60,083 nucleotides of DNA from Rhodothermales bacterium (GTDB lineage: Bacteria > Bacteroidota > Rhodothermia > Rhodothermales > Bin80), in contig JAAXGT010000091.1 of NCBI GenBank assembly GCA_012271205.1, positions 1 through 60,083 on the forward strand, read 5' to 3'. This document shows positions 58,183-60,083 of this stretch, one piece after another. Every line of letters starts with the position of its first letter. Position 1 is the stretch's first letter. The notes under the pieces were generated by a model. That model was not told where the DNA came from. It made no database searches and saw only the letters and a program-made list of their open reading frames with translations. A program made the translations under genes and the position numbers.

Positions 58183-58525
58183 ATGACAGATGGCAGCGGC
58201 GACGTAGCCCAAGCCTCCCGCGTTCCGTTAACCCGAATTACCTTCTCGCGAAGGCACGTCGCGGGCAGTGGGAAGAGTTTTCGGTTGCGGCCCGCGGCGT
58301 TCCTGCCGCACCGGGGCACTATGTCCGTTTTCCGGATTGATGGCTTGGATGGCGCGGGCGTCTGGAAGCATGTTGGCAAGCACGCTCTGCATCCCGGCAA
58401 GCGAATGCACGGTCGCGGCGACTTCCGACTGGCGGACATGCGCGCGGTAATCTTGAAGCTCGATCTGGACGAGAGTCCACCCCGGCACGGCAATGTTGTG
58501 GGTTGGCCGCCTAGCCCTGCCGAGT
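58183..58525 (+). pseudogene. small putative ART/RES-like toxin, truncated by IS insertion
   Basis: Starts immediately after the upstream TAG; pattern L.R....AF.P...SV.R....H.NV.GWP; reads in-frame into IS sequence. Confidence 0.45.
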
Positions 58526-60083
58526 CACCACAACCAGCACTTGACAGTTGGAAGTCTGCCGGTTCATTTACCGGCATGAAGGTGCAGCATCAGGTATTGA
58601 CCACGCTTCGGACTTCGGTGCCGAGGGTGGGGGCCTCGCCCCTACCGGAGGCTCCGGAGGGGCCTCCCACGGTGGGTGAACTGGAGGCGTTGGAGATTGG
58701 GCGGGTGACCCGCCCGCCGGACCGGGCGATCTGGAACACGCGGATGAATCAGGCACCTCCGCGGGGCGGGACGAGGTTGGCCGGCGCTCCGCTCAAATAT
58801 TTGATCAAAAGCAAAAACGGCTATCTGGGAGCCCTCGGCTTTCATCCGCGGCCTTGTATCTGGAGGCCCGGGACCAATGGATCACCGGGTCTCCGGCGCC
58901 GCGCAGCCAGCCGCGGTATCGCGTCGTCCATCGGAGCCGTTTCCGGATCCGGCCCGGGGTGCCGTGCCGGAATCGAGCCCGTTACATGCTGGCCCGTGTG
59001 CGGCGTCGGTGGCGGCGCGACTTCCGGGGGCGCTATCCCTAGGCCCCCTATCTGGTGGAGACCTTGGTGGGGCCCGATCCGGAGGCTCCCGGTTTCCAGG
59101 CCGGGAATGTCCGATATTGGGGCCCGAGCTCGGGTCGCGGTCGGCCGGCGCCCACGAAGGCGGGTACGCGGTCCAAAAAGAAGATTTTGGTCGAGGAGCG
59201 GGATCCGCGCGGGCGCCGCCAACGGGAGGGGCCCGAGGTGGACCGGCGGCCGGCGCGGGCCGTGGGGGCCGGACGGGACCCCGACCGGTGGACGGAGCCG
59301 GAGTTGGGGCCGGCGGAACGGGGAGACCAGCGGCGCCCCGCCCGTCGGGTCCAGCGTGCCCCTCTGGTGGCGTCCAGTGTGGGCCAGCCGGTAACCGCGT
59401 CTCCCAAGCGGGATCGGGCGGCCGGGCGGGGCTAGGGGCGGTGGGTAGAGCAGGCGGAGGAGTTCGGCATTACGCCCGAGCCGGTGCGGGCGCCGCACCG
59501 GGCGCGGACGATGGAGCGGAGGCGGACGTAATTCAGACCACAGCCCGGGCCCCAAGTGGGCCTCGGCAGGCGACGCGGGCGCTTAATGGTGAGGGGCTTC
59601 CGCTGGGGGTATGGCGGGGTTCGTACCGGACGAAAGCAACGCAGATCCCTCCGTGGATGGACGGGCTGCAGGACCTAGAGGAGGCCGCACAGACGCGTGT
59701 GAGGAGCGTTCTGGACCGGGAGGGAGAGGGGTGGGCGATTTTGGCGGCCCAGCTGCGCGGTAAGTGCCCCGATATACGGGTGCGCGCCCGGCCGGACTGG
59801 AGGCGGGGCCCCATCCCGGCCCGGCTGTTCCAGGCGATGCGCACCGGTCCGGCGGCAGGTGTAATGGCCTGGTCGGGGTCCCAACGGAGTCGTCGGGCGA
59901 AGTCGGGCCGGGTCACCCGTGAGGGCCGTCCGGGGTGCCCGGCGCATCTGGAGGTGCGCGATCGGCGCGTGACGCGGCCGCCGACCCAGGACAAGCAAGC
60001 CACTGGGGTGCGCCTATCGGTGGTCCCTGTTCGGGAGATCGCGCCGCCGGCCGGCGCCCCACGTTTGGAGTGGTACCGGTTGA
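58526..60083 (+). mobile_element. degenerate DUF4338 + IS4 (Tn5-like) transposase element, runs off window
   Basis: ATG 58576; 'LAGAPLKYLI...YLGALGF', 'LEARDQWI', 'RF.IRP', 'LVETLV' (DUF4338); 'W...E.G....GD.R...R.V', 'PHRART..RM', 'PP.G...LEW' (IS4). Frameshifts and stops at 59040 and 59433. Left end approximate. Confidence 0.8.

Noticed and set aside
58576-59200. DUF4338 as Druantia (DruA) defence system
   Set aside because: Domain is fused to an IS4-type transposase and no DruE helicase or other Dru genes are present.

Overview
GC-rich bacterial chromosome segment, probably Rhodothermia / Bacteroidota-Chlorobi superphylum. That placement is inferred from T9SS C-terminal domains, a PorV-like barrel, and DUF5103, GWxTD and Hc1-like proteins. 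Layout: (1) 1-6.1 kb beta-oxidation genes and a GWxTD protein. (2) 6.2-8.8 kb accessory patch: long hairpin, AAA ATPase plus a frameshifted DUF4276 gene, IS256 scar. (3) 8.9-33.1 kb, a ~24 kb alginate utilisation locus of two convergent operons. The + operon encodes PL17, SDR, TRAP and a FadR regulator. The - operon encodes a TonB-dependent receptor, an unknown T9SS-CTD protein, a PorV-like barrel, a second barrel, a heparinase II/III-like lyase, a tandem beta-helix protein and two PL6 lyases. The locus has no SusD and carries a repeated operator-like motif. (4) 33-35 kb decayed DNA. (5) 35-56 kb mostly housekeeping genes (polyprenyl synthase, BtuF/BtuC-like, deoC, dapD, ppgK, dnaG, CDF plus His-rich protein, arsC, intein-containing dnaE). 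(6) 57-60 kb a disrupted three-gene TIGR04255 / WDGYG / ART-like cassette hit by a DUF4338-IS4 element that appears to carry strongly directional T>G / A>C mutations. Best candidates for an undescribed system: the SusD-less TBDR-CTD protein-PorV glycan uptake module and the TIGR04255 tripartite cassette. All family calls come from motif recognition by eye; no database searches were run.
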